The notes beneath the pieces were generated by a model that did not search any database, was not told the DNA's origin, and worked only from the letters and a program-made list of their open reading frames with translations. Shown piece after piece: positions 17,086 to 27,348 of a stretch of DNA of 64,000 nucleotides; the first letter of the stretch is position 1, and each line of letters opens with the position of its first letter. The DNA comes from an uncultured Gammaproteobacteria bacterium (GTDB lineage Bacteria > Patescibacteriota > Microgenomatia > UBA12405), in contig CAZJUH010000001.1 of the NCBI GenBank assembly GCA_964549165.1, forward strand, positions 74,566-138,565. Reading direction: 5' to 3'. Position numbers and translations under genes: made by a program.

Positions 17086-19875
17086 TTAGGTATTTTCTAT
17101 AATTCCCTTTTCTTCTTCGTTTAATCCATACAATTTATAAACTTCTTTATCTATTTGTTTCTCTATTTCCGTAATTTTATTATTTAATTCAAAATATTTA
17201 TCTGAATTTTTAGAAATATTATTAACTTCTGTTTTAAAACTAATAATTTTATCGACTAGATTAATAATGTCCTTCTGTTGTTCTTTTTCTGCTTTATATA
17301 TTGGCACTTTTAATAAAGGACCTTTGTCTATTTGGAGCAAATCTCCTAATCTTTTTCCCTTATTTATCAACCAATAAAAAGCCAATTTTGAATTTAGCAA
17401 CCCAACTAAATATTTTAAGTTTATTCTATCGGTTTTAATAAAATTTAAAGCCCTTGATCCATAATACTCATTTTCAGTGTAGAAAAAACTTGGTAATGCT
17501 ACTCTTGCACCACCAATAATTTTACTTCCTTTTGTAAAAAACCGTTCATCTCTTTCTCGATGTAGGTAGTAATATGGTTTTGTTGGAGTTTTATATTTTA
17601 TTTTGGAATCTTTTAGCAAAGTTTCGTATTTTTTAAAATGGTTATGTAGTGATGGAAAATCTTCTATTGATTTTCCATTAAAATTTTTAGCGGATAAATA
17701 AATGATATATTTATTTGTTTGCGCTCCATTATATTTTTGTGCTGAAGTATAAAACGATTTAATATATTCACGTTCTTGTAATCCAAAATCTTTTAATTCA
17801 TTGATAATAAAACATTTATCAGGTGCACCAACAATACCTTGTGCTACTTCTTTTTCTTCCAACTGGAAATTTGCCTTTGATAGTATTTTTTCTAAAATCG
17901 AATTATTTTCCTTGTTTGAGAATATTATGTTTTGACCTAATAGTTTATTTTTTTCTATTTGAATTTTTATTTTGCTCTGTTGAATTTTGTTAATTATTTC
18001 TAGTTCAGTAGAACTACTGTTTTCAATTTTTAGATATTCAACATTGTATTTTTCTCGTGGTTTACATTTTTTAAAAACAAAAATCATCGTTTGTATCCCA
18101 GCTTCATTAAATACTTTGTAATCTCCGAAATCTATAAAGCTTAATATTTCTCCCTCATTTAATATTTTGTCTCTAAAAATACTAGCACCTGCATTGGAAA
18201 TCCAATTATTTGGTGCAATAAAACTTAAATATCCACCGTCACGAAGAAGATCAATTGCTTTACAGGCAAACAGTGTCCATAAATCCATTTTTCCTTGATA
18301 ATATGGGCTATCGTGTAAATCATTAAATGCCGCTTTGTTTACAAATTCTTTAATATATGGTGGATTTCCGACAATTACGTCGAATCCTGGATTTTCCCGC
18401 TTAAAAATATATTCAAATTCTTTTTTATATTCAAAAGCCTTATCAGTTGTTTTTTTATCTTCAATTAAAGAATTTCCTACACAAATGTTCTTGCTTATTA
18501 TTGGTAATTTGAAGTTTGGGACGACTGATTGTAGTAAAAGATTAAGTCGAGCAATTTCAATAGCTTGTTCGTCTAGATCAACTCCATAAATGTTTTCTTG
18601 TAATATTCGATATTTTCTAATTGCGGCAATATCTTTATCATTAATATCTTGATTATTTTCTTTTCTTAAATATTGATCTAAATATTCAAAACTATTTATT
18701 AAAAAAGAGCCACTACCACATGCAGGATCAAGAATTTTAATCGATTGTTTCTCGTTCAAATTATTCATTTCTGATAATTTTTTCCCAATTGTATTACTGA
18801 CTATATAATCAACAATGTAACTTGGTGTGTAATATATTCCCTGTTTTTTTCTTTTTCCCTCATCTTTTTTCCCTTTTTGAAGGTATCCCAAATATTGTTC
18901 ATAGACTTTTCCTAATACATCGGCATTTATTGCATCAAATCGATAACTAACCTGTTGTTTTTCATTGCGGTAAAGCTCAGGAATAATTTGTTTGAAAGGA
19001 TTACCCTCAGTATCGAGCTTTTCGCAATAATGTTCATGGAACAAATTACTGTTATAAGTTTGGTCAAATTTTCTAAAGAGTGGAATTAATAGTTCAATAA
19101 AATTATATGGTTTAAATCCATTGCTTTGCCATCTTTGAAATGTTTGCCATAAAAATTTATCTTCTATTCCTTTATCTTCAATCACACGAATAAAAATCAA
19201 TCTATCTAAAATTCTTTGGACAGATTCATTTAACAATCTCAAATCAACACCTGTATTCCATTGTTTTAGATTATTAGTTAATGTGTCTCGCCATCTGACT
19301 AGATCAGCTGCCAGTAATTCATTTACTTTTATTCTTTTTGAGCCAATACCAAAACTTGATAAAGTAGTATCAAGTAAATTTTGGTTAAATGATTCTTTTG
19401 AAAGAAGCCATAGGGTATCAAATTTATCTAAATATTCTGTATATTTAAAATCAAGCCTCTCTTTTGGTCGACCGATATTTTCTTCTGAATTAAAAAGTTT
19501 TAATCCTTCAAAGTCAGTTAATACAACCCATGGAACACCCATATTCCAACCGTATTCAACCGTTTGATTAGCCCATTGTTCTTTGTCTAGATTTTCCGAC
19601 ATTGATTTTGCTTCTAATAAAAACTGTGTTAGATGATTGACTCTAAAAGCATAATCAACTCGACCACAAATAGATGGATCTTCTTCAACAATATCTTCAT
19701 GAATATCCCAACCAAGAGCTTCAAACATTGGAAGAATAAAGTTTTTTCTTGTGTTTGCTTCGTTATAACTTTTCTTTTCTAAGGGTGTTAATCTCTTATA
19801 TTTTTCGATTAATTCAGAAATTTTTATCTTTGCTTCGTCTTTAGACATTTGTTTTTGATTATCTATTGGTGACAT
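17086..19875 (-). CDS. type IIG restriction-modification enzyme (MmeI/Eco57I-like: N-terminal PD-(D/E)xK nuclease + gamma-class N6-adenine methyltransferase + C-terminal specificity region)
   Basis: N-terminal GRVDYAFRV...LLEAKSM (HsdR-N/Mrr-like D..EAK nuclease motif), motif I ILDPACGSGSFL, motif IV VGNPPYIKE; 929 aa. Confidence 0.75.
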   Translation of the reverse strand: MSPIDNQKQMSKDEAKIKISELIEKYKRLTPLEKKSYNEANTRKNFILPMFEALGWDIHEDIVEEDPSICGRVDYAFRVNHLTQFLLEAKSMSENLDKEQWANQTVEYGWNMGVPWVVLTDFEGLKLFNSEENIGRPKERLDFKYTEYLDKFDTLWLLSKESFNQNLLDTTLSSFGIGSKRIKVNELLAADLVRWRDTLTNNLKQWNTGVDLRLLNESVQRILDRLIFIRVIEDKGIEDKFLWQTFQRWQSNGFKPYNFIELLIPLFRKFDQTYNSNLFHEHYCEKLDTEGNPFKQIIPELYRNEKQQVSYRFDAINADVLGKVYEQYLGYLQKGKKDEGKRKKQGIYYTPSYIVDYIVSNTIGKKLSEMNNLNEKQSIKILDPACGSGSFLINSFEYLDQYLRKENNQDINDKDIAAIRKYRILQENIYGVDLDEQAIEIARLNLLLQSVVPNFKLPIISKNICVGNSLIEDKKTTDKAFEYKKEFEYIFKRENPGFDVIVGNPPYIKEFVNKAAFNDLHDSPYYQGKMDLWTLFACKAIDLLRDGGYLSFIAPNNWISNAGASIFRDKILNEGEILSFIDFGDYKVFNEAGIQTMIFVFKKCKPREKYNVEYLKIENSSSTELEIINKIQQSKIKIQIEKNKLLGQNIIFSNKENNSILEKILSKANFQLEEKEVAQGIVGAPDKCFIINELKDFGLQEREYIKSFYTSAQKYNGAQTNKYIIYLSAKNFNGKSIEDFPSLHNHFKKYETLLKDSKIKYKTPTKPYYYLHRERDERFFTKGSKIIGGARVALPSFFYTENEYYGSRALNFIKTDRINLKYLVGLLNSKLAFYWLINKGKRLGDLLQIDKGPLLKVPIYKAEKEQQKDIINLVDKIISFKTEVNNISKNSDKYFELNNKITEIEKQIDKEVYKLYGLNEEEKGIIENT

Positions 19876-20090
19876 TTATGCTTTGATTATATCTCATAGG
19901 AGAATTAAAGCGGTTGGCTAAAATAAAAAAATCAAAAGAATTACTATAATTACTATAGATGCACAAAAATCGAGACCCAAACAAGCGGGACTCTCAACTG
20001 CCGTAACTCTTATATATCGGTCATAAGCATCTTACATAAGGACAAAATTTATTTATTTTTTGCGGTTTAGACCGCTGTCCTAATATAATT

Positions 20091-21446
20091 ATGATCGATA
20101 AAAATACAAACATTAATATTGAGTATATTGATATCAATTTACTCAATCCTTCCGCTTATAATCCTCGAAAACACGATAAGGAATCGGAAGAACAACTAAA
20201 ACAAAGTATTGAACGCTTTGGATTAGTTGATCCCCTAATTGTTAATTCTTCACCTGAAAGAAACAATATTGTGATTGGAGGCCACTTTAGATTAAAAGTG
20301 GCAAAGCAACTTGGTATTGATAAAGTGCCAGTTGTTTATGTCGATATTCCCGATATTGAAAAAGAAAAAGAATTAAATCTCCGATTAAATAGGAACACTG
20401 GTGAATTCGACTTCAAATTATTAGCCGAGTTTGACCAGAAATTCTTAATTGATGTCGGTTTCAGTAGTGAGGAACTCGACGATATTTTTCCAACTGAAGA
20501 TACTCCAGAAAACTTTGACTTGGAAAAAGCATTAGCAAAAGCTGGAGTAAATGAAGTTAAAACCAAAGAAGGTGACATTTGGCTTTTGGGAGATTCTAAA
20601 CTTATGGTTGGTGATTCAACTAAAGAGGAAGACATTTTAAAACTAATGGAAAAGGAAAAAGCCGATATGTGTTTTACTGATCCACCTTACATTCTTAATT
20701 ATCTAAAAGATAAAAAGAAAGATGGAGAACCAACAAAAGGCTTTGGTCAAAAACAAAACCGAAAATATATCGGGACTGATTCTCTCCCTGACAATTTTAC
20801 TGAATTATGGATGGCTAATATTGCCAAAATTCAGAAAGAAAGTTTTTCAATTATCGTTTATGAAAATTGGAAAAATATTAGAATCATTTGGGGAGAGATG
20901 GAAAAGTATTGGCGAGTAAAAAATATGCTCGTTTGGCATTTAAATAATCGTAGCCAAGGCTTTTCAGCAAAGTACAAATTCTTCTCAAAACACGACATTG
21001 CTATGGTGGGATCGTCCCAAAATGCCGATATTGAATTTAATATGGAGGAAGAAAAAGATGGATTACAAGAAGAATATGAAACCGCACTTTTTGCTATTCA
21101 AGGACATCCACAGTGGGAAGGTTATGAAAAAGGCAAAAAGTATCAGCCGACTGATTTTATCGAACATAAAGCGTCGGATGAAAAAAGTTCGGGCCAGGGA
21201 GTAATTTTTGGAACTAAGCCATTAGAAATATTAATCCCCTACATTAAAGTATTAACCAAAAGGGATAATTTAATTATCGAACCGTTTGGTGGTAGTGGTA
21301 GTACTTTGATCGCAGCAGTAAAAATGAAAAGACGCTGTTTTATTATGGAAAAATGTCCAGCTTATGCTGAGGTCATCAAAAAACGCTGGGAAAATCTAAC
21401 TGGACTTAAAGGAGTTTTGTATGAAGAGCAAAAAGGAAGTAATTAA
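20091..21446 (+). CDS. ParB-like nuclease domain fused to a DNA N4/N6 methyltransferase (beta class)
   Basis: N-terminal ParB/Srx-like segment (NPRKHD...GGHFRL), motif IV CFTDPPY preceding motif I EPFGGSGST. Confidence 0.8.
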   Translation: MIDKNTNINIEYIDINLLNPSAYNPRKHDKESEEQLKQSIERFGLVDPLIVNSSPERNNIVIGGHFRLKVAKQLGIDKVPVVYVDIPDIEKEKELNLRLNRNTGEFDFKLLAEFDQKFLIDVGFSSEELDDIFPTEDTPENFDLEKALAKAGVNEVKTKEGDIWLLGDSKLMVGDSTKEEDILKLMEKEKADMCFTDPPYILNYLKDKKKDGEPTKGFGQKQNRKYIGTDSLPDNFTELWMANIAKIQKESFSIIVYENWKNIRIIWGEMEKYWRVKNMLVWHLNNRSQGFSAKYKFFSKHDIAMVGSSQNADIEFNMEEEKDGLQEEYETALFAIQGHPQWEGYEKGKKYQPTDFIEHKASDEKSSGQGVIFGTKPLEILIPYIKVLTKRDNLIIEPFGGSGSTLIAAVKMKRRCFIMEKCPAYAEVIKKRWENLTGLKGVLYEEQKGSN

Positions 21447-21951
21447 GTGCTTAAAAAAGAACTCTATAATTCAAATAGCTTGTCAGCAAGCGGATATTAG
21501 TCGCGCCACCTATTATCGGTGGCGCGATGAAGATAAAAACTTTAAAAAAGAAACTGACCAAGCCAAAAAAGAAGGATTTGAAGTGATTAATGATTTAGCA
21601 GAAACAGGCTTAATAAAAGCAATTAAAGATGGTAACGTCACGGCTATTTTTTATCGACTTAATCATTGTCACCCAGATTATTCTGACAAGAGGTTGTATT
21701 TGTCTAACTCTGACCAAAAACAATTGATTGATGATATTAGTACAAGCAATATAAAAAATATATTGGAAATTCTAATGGAAAAACTTATAAAAGGAGAAAT
21801 TTCAAAATCTGCTGCTAACCAAGTCATATTAATGATTAATAAAATTTATCCACAAGAGGTTAATTCGTTACGTCAGCAGGAAATAAGGAAAACATTAAAT
21901 GAGATGTCAGATCTAATTAATGAGTTAAGTCCAAATTCAAATAGAAAATAG
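21421..21951 (+). CDS. HTH-containing phage-like protein (terminase-small-subunit/transposase-HTH-like N-terminus)
   Basis: IACQQADISRATYYRWRDEDKNF HTH pattern; overlaps the upstream methyltransferase gene. Confidence 0.35.
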   Translation: MKSKKEVIKCLKKNSIIQIACQQADISRATYYRWRDEDKNFKKETDQAKKEGFEVINDLAETGLIKAIKDGNVTAIFYRLNHCHPDYSDKRLYLSNSDQKQLIDDISTSNIKNILEILMEKLIKGEISKSAANQVILMINKIYPQEVNSLRQQEIRKTLNEMSDLINELSPNSNRK

Positions 21952-21967
21952 TAAATTAACTAATCTA

Positions 21968-22189
21968 CTATTCAAAAATATCTGAAAGACTTACTTTCAA
22001 AGCCTTGGCTATTTTTCCTAAAATTTCTAATGATGGAGTGTTCCTCCCTTGTTCGACATATCCAATATAAACTCGGCTAGCTCCGACTTTTTCAGCTAGA
22101 TCTTCTTGAGTCATATTAGCTTCATGTCTAAACTTTCTTATTTTTTGACACATTTTTTTGGTCAACTTGGAGTTTTTTCTCATTCCCAA
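21968..22189 (-). CDS. XRE-family HTH transcriptional regulator (small)
   Basis: MTQEDLAEKVGASRVYIGYVEQGRNTPSLEIL HTH_3 motif. Confidence 0.75.
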   Translation of the reverse strand: MGMRKNSKLTKKMCQKIRKFRHEANMTQEDLAEKVGASRVYIGYVEQGRNTPSLEILGKIAKALKVSLSDIFE

Positions 22190-22308
22190 GGCTATTGTGA
22201 AATTAGTATTTACTCCACTAAGCCAAACTTAGCAAATAGGCACAACATAGCCTTGACTTTCTGCTAATCGACAGTTAGCATTGTGATAATTAACAGTTAA
22301 TAAAAAAA

Positions 22309-22785
22309 ATGGAAAAAAAGAAAAATTGGTTTATGAAACACAAGATACTTACGATTATTTTGGCATTAGTAGTATTTTCAATTTTTAAAGGTGCAGCTGA
22401 AAGCGGAAAGGCTGCTAGAGTTAGTGAAAATCAATCTAAATCAGAAATAAAAACTGTTTTTGATGTTCCATTATTAGTTGGAAAAAATGTGGATGAAGTA
22501 ATCGCAACAATTGGACAGCCAAGAGAAAATAGTTTGCCAACCGAAGAACAATCAAAATTAACCAGTGACTGGAGTATTGAATTTGATAAAGAGGGACAGA
22601 TATTATTAGTTGAATATAATCTCAAGACAAAGATTGTTAAAGATTTATTTATCAGCGGTGATAATAAAGAAGATTTATTAAAAATCGGCAATTTGAAAGA
22701 AAATGCTGATAATTACGCTTTGAATTTTGTTAAACAACAGAATGATCCGACAAAAATAACTGGAGTGACAATTACCAAGAAATAA
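22309..22785 (+). CDS. hypothetical secreted protein
   Basis: N-terminal signal/TM segment; followed by a terminator hairpin. Confidence 0.4.
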   Translation: MEKKKNWFMKHKILTIILALVVFSIFKGAAESGKAARVSENQSKSEIKTVFDVPLLVGKNVDEVIATIGQPRENSLPTEEQSKLTSDWSIEFDKEGQILLVEYNLKTKIVKDLFISGDNKEDLLKIGNLKENADNYALNFVKQQNDPTKITGVTITKK

Positions 22786-22805
22786 ATAAAGGAATTATTT
22801 TAAAA

Positions 22806-22833
22806 CCCTCTGAGAAATCGGAGGGTTTTTGTA
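22806..22833 (+). terminator. rho-independent terminator
   Basis: ccctctgagaaatcggaggg hairpin followed by a T-run. Confidence 0.5.
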
Positions 22834-22846
22834 ATATCATTTAGAT

Positions 22847-23380
22847 ATGAATATCCAATCATGGTTGATAATAGTAGTTCTTGCATTTGTGGTAATTTAC
22901 CAATTTGTTAAATATTCTAATTTAGAAAAAAGAGCTTACGAAATAAAAGATGCTTATTTAAATTTAGCTATCAAAAAGAAATTAATAAATAGAAGAAAGT
23001 TTTTGCGATATGACGAAAATGAATTATATAAAACCCTAATTAATATCGCTGGCGGTAATTTTATTGTTATTCCTCAAGTTCATCTATGTGATATAGCTGA
23101 GGTTAAAACTGGATATAACGATCACGATAACTTATATTACGAACTCAAAAGAATAATTTACGATTACGCTATTTTTGACAAAGAATTTAATCCTTTAGTA
23201 CTTATTGAACTAAATGGAAAATCACACTTCTTTCAAGACAATAGAATAAATAGAGATGCTATTGCAGAAAATAATGCCAAAAATTTAGATCTACCTCTTA
23301 TTCCAATAAAAAAAGAAGATCGTTTTAATGAAAAACTTATAACAGAGAAGCTTTCACCTTATTTAAAACAAATCATCTAA
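22847..23380 (+). CDS. DUF2726-like protein (restriction-endonuclease/PD-(D/E)xK-like fold) with N-terminal TM anchor
   Basis: IVIPQVHLCDI ... IYDYAIFDKEFNPLVLIELNGKSH resembles the D...(D/E)xK core of DUF2726/NERD-like nuclease-fold proteins. Confidence 0.45.
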   Translation: MNIQSWLIIVVLAFVVIYQFVKYSNLEKRAYEIKDAYLNLAIKKKLINRRKFLRYDENELYKTLINIAGGNFIVIPQVHLCDIAEVKTGYNDHDNLYYELKRIIYDYAIFDKEFNPLVLIELNGKSHFFQDNRINRDAIAENNAKNLDLPLIPIKKEDRFNEKLITEKLSPYLKQII

Positions 23381-23414
23381 TAGACTTCCATAAAACCTGC
23401 GGTACAGTAGTGTC

Positions 23415-24755
23415 ATGAATAATAAAGAAGGTGGAAAGATACAGGAAAATGAACTAATCAAATATTGTCTTTATGCTCGAAAATCATCAGAATCTGATGA
23501 ACGACAAGCAATGTCGATCGAGTCTCAAATTAATGAGATGAAAACAATGGCAGAAAGAGAAAATTTGGTTATTAAGGAAATTAGACAGGAAAGTCATTCA
23601 GCTAAATCATCAGGGCTGAGACCAGTTTTTAATAAACTTTTGATTGATATCAGAAATGGAGAATTTAATGCACTACTAACTTGGGCACCTGATCGATTAA
23701 GCAGAAATGCAGGAGACTTAGGAACCTTAGTAGATTTGATGGATCAGGGAAAATTAAAAACTATTCGAACTTTTTCTCAATCATTTTCTAATAATCCAAA
23801 TGAGAAATTCTTATTAATGATTCTCTGTTCTCAGGCAAAACTGGAAAATGATAACCGAGGAATAAATGTCAGAAGAGGCATGAGAGCAAAGTGTGAGGCT
23901 GGATGGAGACCTAATATGGCACCGCTTGGATATTTAAACATAATGAGTTACAACAGAATTAGTTTTGTAGAAATTGATAGTGAAAGAGCACCAATAATTA
24001 AACAGATGTTTCAACGAGTCGGAGAAGAAGGACATAGTGGAAGAACAATTAAGAACTGGCTCGACAGAATCAAATTTACCACCCGAAGTGGAAAGCCACT
24101 AGCCTTGAGTAAGGTTTATACAACATTAAAAAATCCATTTTATTATGGAGAGTTTGAATTCGGTGGCAAGATTTATAAAGGCAAGCATGAACCGTTAATA
24201 GACAGGGCATTGTTCGATAAAGTTCAAAGACAGTTAATAGTTCCAGAAAAAGAATGGAATAAAAAAGTATTCCCTTTTAGAAACCTATGTGTCTGCGGGA
24301 GTTGTGGAGAAAAAGTAACTGCTGAAGAAAAGTATAAAAAAAGTAAATATGGTGAGGTAAGAAAATATGTTTATTATCATTGCGGGCGACATATAAATTA
24401 TGATTGTGACGAACCTTATATTACCGAGGAAGATTTAATTCAACAGCTAGTTATTCATATTGATGAAATAAGGTTACACGAGGTAGAACTCGCTCAATAT
24501 TTAAAACAAGATATTGATAAATTCCATAGGTTAAGAACAGAAGTTTTAAACCAGGAAATTTTAAGCGGAAAATTAGTTGAATTAGAATACGATGCTTTTA
24601 ATCACGTCGACAAAGATATGGCAAAAGAATATTTGATTTATATTCTTAAATTTGGAACAGCAGAGGAAAGAATAAAAGTGATGTCGGCAATAAAAACGAG
24701 ATTTATATTGCACAATAAGGAACTAACAATAAGAATTGATAATAGAAAAATATAA
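23415..24755 (+). CDS. large serine recombinase (resolvase catalytic domain + recombinase domain + Cys zinc ribbon)
   Basis: N-terminal YARKSSESDERQAMSIESQ with catalytic Ser, central recombinase region, CVCGSCGEK...YHCGRH zinc-ribbon cysteines, C-terminal coiled coil; 446 aa. Confidence 0.8.
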   Translation: MNNKEGGKIQENELIKYCLYARKSSESDERQAMSIESQINEMKTMAERENLVIKEIRQESHSAKSSGLRPVFNKLLIDIRNGEFNALLTWAPDRLSRNAGDLGTLVDLMDQGKLKTIRTFSQSFSNNPNEKFLLMILCSQAKLENDNRGINVRRGMRAKCEAGWRPNMAPLGYLNIMSYNRISFVEIDSERAPIIKQMFQRVGEEGHSGRTIKNWLDRIKFTTRSGKPLALSKVYTTLKNPFYYGEFEFGGKIYKGKHEPLIDRALFDKVQRQLIVPEKEWNKKVFPFRNLCVCGSCGEKVTAEEKYKKSKYGEVRKYVYYHCGRHINYDCDEPYITEEDLIQQLVIHIDEIRLHEVELAQYLKQDIDKFHRLRTEVLNQEILSGKLVELEYDAFNHVDKDMAKEYLIYILKFGTAEERIKVMSAIKTRFILHNKELTIRIDNRKI

Positions 24756-24772
24756 TTTTAGTCTATTCAGAG

Positions 24773-26473
24773 TTATACCGTCAATAATGGTATTCTGGTA
24801 ACTAAAATTTTATTAATATTCATAATATTTTTATTAATATTTTCCTTGGTTTCCATATCAATATTTTTCTTGAAATCTTTTTTTTCTTTTTTAGAATAAA
24901 AAATATAGGTAATAGTCTTTTTTAAATCAGATAAATTGGCAAGTTTTTTTAATCTATCACTATCATTTTTAGAAAACATTCCTTCTAATAAAATTCTGTT
25001 TTCGTTTTTATCACAGTACTGAATCCAATTCTCTGATTCTTTATTTCCAAAGAATTTTTTATATTTTTCAATTGCTTTGTCGCCAGCATTATCTCCATCA
25101 AAAACAGCCGTATATCTTTTAGAAGTTCCTATGGCAATGCTAATTAAATATTCATTTTGTTCTGCACCAAATCCAGGTAAAATTACAATATTTTCTGGTA
25201 AAATCATTTTCCAAAAATAAAAATCGGTTATTCCTTCAAAAACTATAACTTTTTTACTTAATGTACTATTAACCGATATTTTTGTTCTTAAAGCATTATA
25301 AAGTGTGGTCATAGCTCCTTGGTTTCTTTTACCTTTTGCCTCAGATAAAGGTACTAAATTGATTTGTCTGTCACTTTTATTTGCAATTTTTATTTTATTA
25401 ATATTAATTATTTCTGGATCAAGTAAAAACTCAGAATGTGTGGAAAAAATAACAGGGTGATCAACGGACAAGTCTTTTATTGCTTTTAATAAAATACTTT
25501 GGGCACTGTTATGTAAGTATGAACCCGGCTCATCAAATAAATATATAAATTTTTCCTGAGATCTAGCCCCATAACATTTTTTAGCACTAAAATTAAAAAA
25601 CCAAATAAAACCTAAGCTTCTTTCACTGAGTTTCATCGAAATTGAATGCTTTTGTTTATTATCATCTTCGAAATTTTCAAAAACATTAATTTTTATTGAC
25701 ATTTTATTTTGTGTATCTTGTAACAATCTGATTTCTATGTTTTCTAATTTTTCTTCACCAACTTCATCGTCTCTTAAATGCATTTTAATCCAATCATCTA
25801 TCATGTCTTTTGTAGTTTCTTTATTTATTTCTGTTAAATAAGTATCTTTAGTATTATCATCATCTTCAGTTAAAAATTCTTTTAAGGAATATCCTGCTTT
25901 TAAAAACATATTTTCTATTATTATTTGGTGTTCATTTAGAACATAGTCAGGATTATTAATATAATCTTGATCAAAATCTACATGATCGTTAAATTTATTC
26001 TCTAAAAAACTGTCAAAATAAAATATTCTTGGTAATCTATTGATTATATCTATACAAAATTTTTCGATTACAGGATCTTCTTCTTCATTAATATGGTAAT
26101 TAATACTCTCACCATCTTGATTTTTTCGAAAATATCTTTTAATAACTAGATTATCTGTTTTTATTAGTGTTAATAACTTTTGCTTCTCTTCTTCTAAATA
26201 ATTAACGATAATATCTTCTATTTCTGATTGTTTGATTGAAATTTCAGAGGTTATACAAAATTCTTTTTCTTGAGGTTTATATCTATTATTAAATTTCCAA
26301 CCTCTTTGAGCAGCCATACTATCGTTTCTGTGATCAAATCTAGCAATAGCTTCAAGAACAGATGTTTTTCCAGACTCATTTACTCCAATTATTGGTACTG
26401 GGTCAGAACCAATAGAAATATTAGAGTTTTTAATTGCTTTATAACTTTCTATATTAAATCTTATATATTCCAT
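24773..26473 (-). CDS. OLD-family ATP-dependent endonuclease (ABC-ATPase + TOPRIM)
   Basis: Walker A GVNESGKTS at the N-terminus, ABC-like middle (LFDEPGSYLH), C-terminal Toprim-like VIVFEGITDFYF ... DGDNAGD. Confidence 0.75.
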   Translation of the reverse strand: MEYIRFNIESYKAIKNSNISIGSDPVPIIGVNESGKTSVLEAIARFDHRNDSMAAQRGWKFNNRYKPQEKEFCITSEISIKQSEIEDIIVNYLEEEKQKLLTLIKTDNLVIKRYFRKNQDGESINYHINEEEDPVIEKFCIDIINRLPRIFYFDSFLENKFNDHVDFDQDYINNPDYVLNEHQIIIENMFLKAGYSLKEFLTEDDDNTKDTYLTEINKETTKDMIDDWIKMHLRDDEVGEEKLENIEIRLLQDTQNKMSIKINVFENFEDDNKQKHSISMKLSERSLGFIWFFNFSAKKCYGARSQEKFIYLFDEPGSYLHNSAQSILLKAIKDLSVDHPVIFSTHSEFLLDPEIININKIKIANKSDRQINLVPLSEAKGKRNQGAMTTLYNALRTKISVNSTLSKKVIVFEGITDFYFWKMILPENIVILPGFGAEQNEYLISIAIGTSKRYTAVFDGDNAGDKAIEKYKKFFGNKESENWIQYCDKNENRILLEGMFSKNDSDRLKKLANLSDLKKTITYIFYSKKEKKDFKKNIDMETKENINKNIMNINKILVTRIPLLTV

Positions 26474-26641
26474 ATTTTGTAATTTTCCTTATTTTACAAC
26501 ATATTTCGAATATATCTTATAGATGTAAAAAGTATCATTACAGGCTTCAAAACTGAAAAAAGTTGTTTCCTAAAAAAATACGAAGGAAAGTTAGGGATTT
26601 GTAGCTATACCACACAAATTTAGTGGAAAGACAGGCAATTT

Positions 26642-26726
26642 GCGGAAGGGGGGGGAGTCGAACCCCCATGCCCCTTACGGGACGCGGGTTTAGCAAACCC
26701 GTGCCTTACCATTCGGCGCACCCTTC
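26642..26726 (-). tRNA. tRNA-Ser (anticodon GCU), type II with long variable arm
   Basis: manual fold: acceptor GGAAGGG/CCCTTCC, anticodon stem CGGGT/ACCCG with loop TTGCTAA, long variable arm, T-arm GGGGG-TTCGACT-CCCCC. Confidence 0.8.
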
Positions 26727-26780
26727 CAAAAGACTTCACAAGTATATCAAATTTAAAGCAAATGCTTTATTATTATTTCA

Positions 26781-27326
26781 ATGGCACAAAGTCAAAATCC
26801 AACAAACGAAGTCAATGATTTATACGAAGAAAAAATTCTTTTTGAATGGGAGGCTCCCGAGAGGCCTTATCAAAAAAAAGGTAAAGACTTTTGGGTTACT
26901 TCCATTGCTATTTTGATTTTAGTATCCGTCATTTTGATTTTTATTAACGAATTCTTTTTAATTATGGCCCTAATCTCGGTCTTGTTTGTTTACTATGCCC
27001 TGTCCTCCGTCCCCCCGGGAACTGTCAAAAACAAGATCACTAACCATGCTGTTTATTTTGGTGAACTTCGATATAAATGGAACGGACTCCAAAATTTTTG
27101 GTTTAAAAAAAGCCTTTCCAGTCAAACCATCAACTTTGACACCATGCTTCGTTTTCCTAGAATGGTCTCACTAGTTATCGATCCCAAGGACCAGGAAAAA
27201 CTAAAAGAAATTGTCGTTAAACGGATTCCGATGTTGGAAAACTCGCCTACTTTTGTTGATAAATTGACAAAATGGTTTGCTGACCGACTTCCTCTTGAAG
27301 ATAGAAAAGAGGACAAAAAAGGGTAA
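26781..27326 (+). CDS. hypothetical membrane protein
   Basis: two predicted TM helices (ILILVSVILIFINEFFLIMALISVLFVYYAL). Confidence 0.4.
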   Translation: MAQSQNPTNEVNDLYEEKILFEWEAPERPYQKKGKDFWVTSIAILILVSVILIFINEFFLIMALISVLFVYYALSSVPPGTVKNKITNHAVYFGELRYKWNGLQNFWFKKSLSSQTINFDTMLRFPRMVSLVIDPKDQEKLKEIVVKRIPMLENSPTFVDKLTKWFADRLPLEDRKEDKKG

Positions 27327-27348
27327 TTAAGGTATAATTCGATGCATC

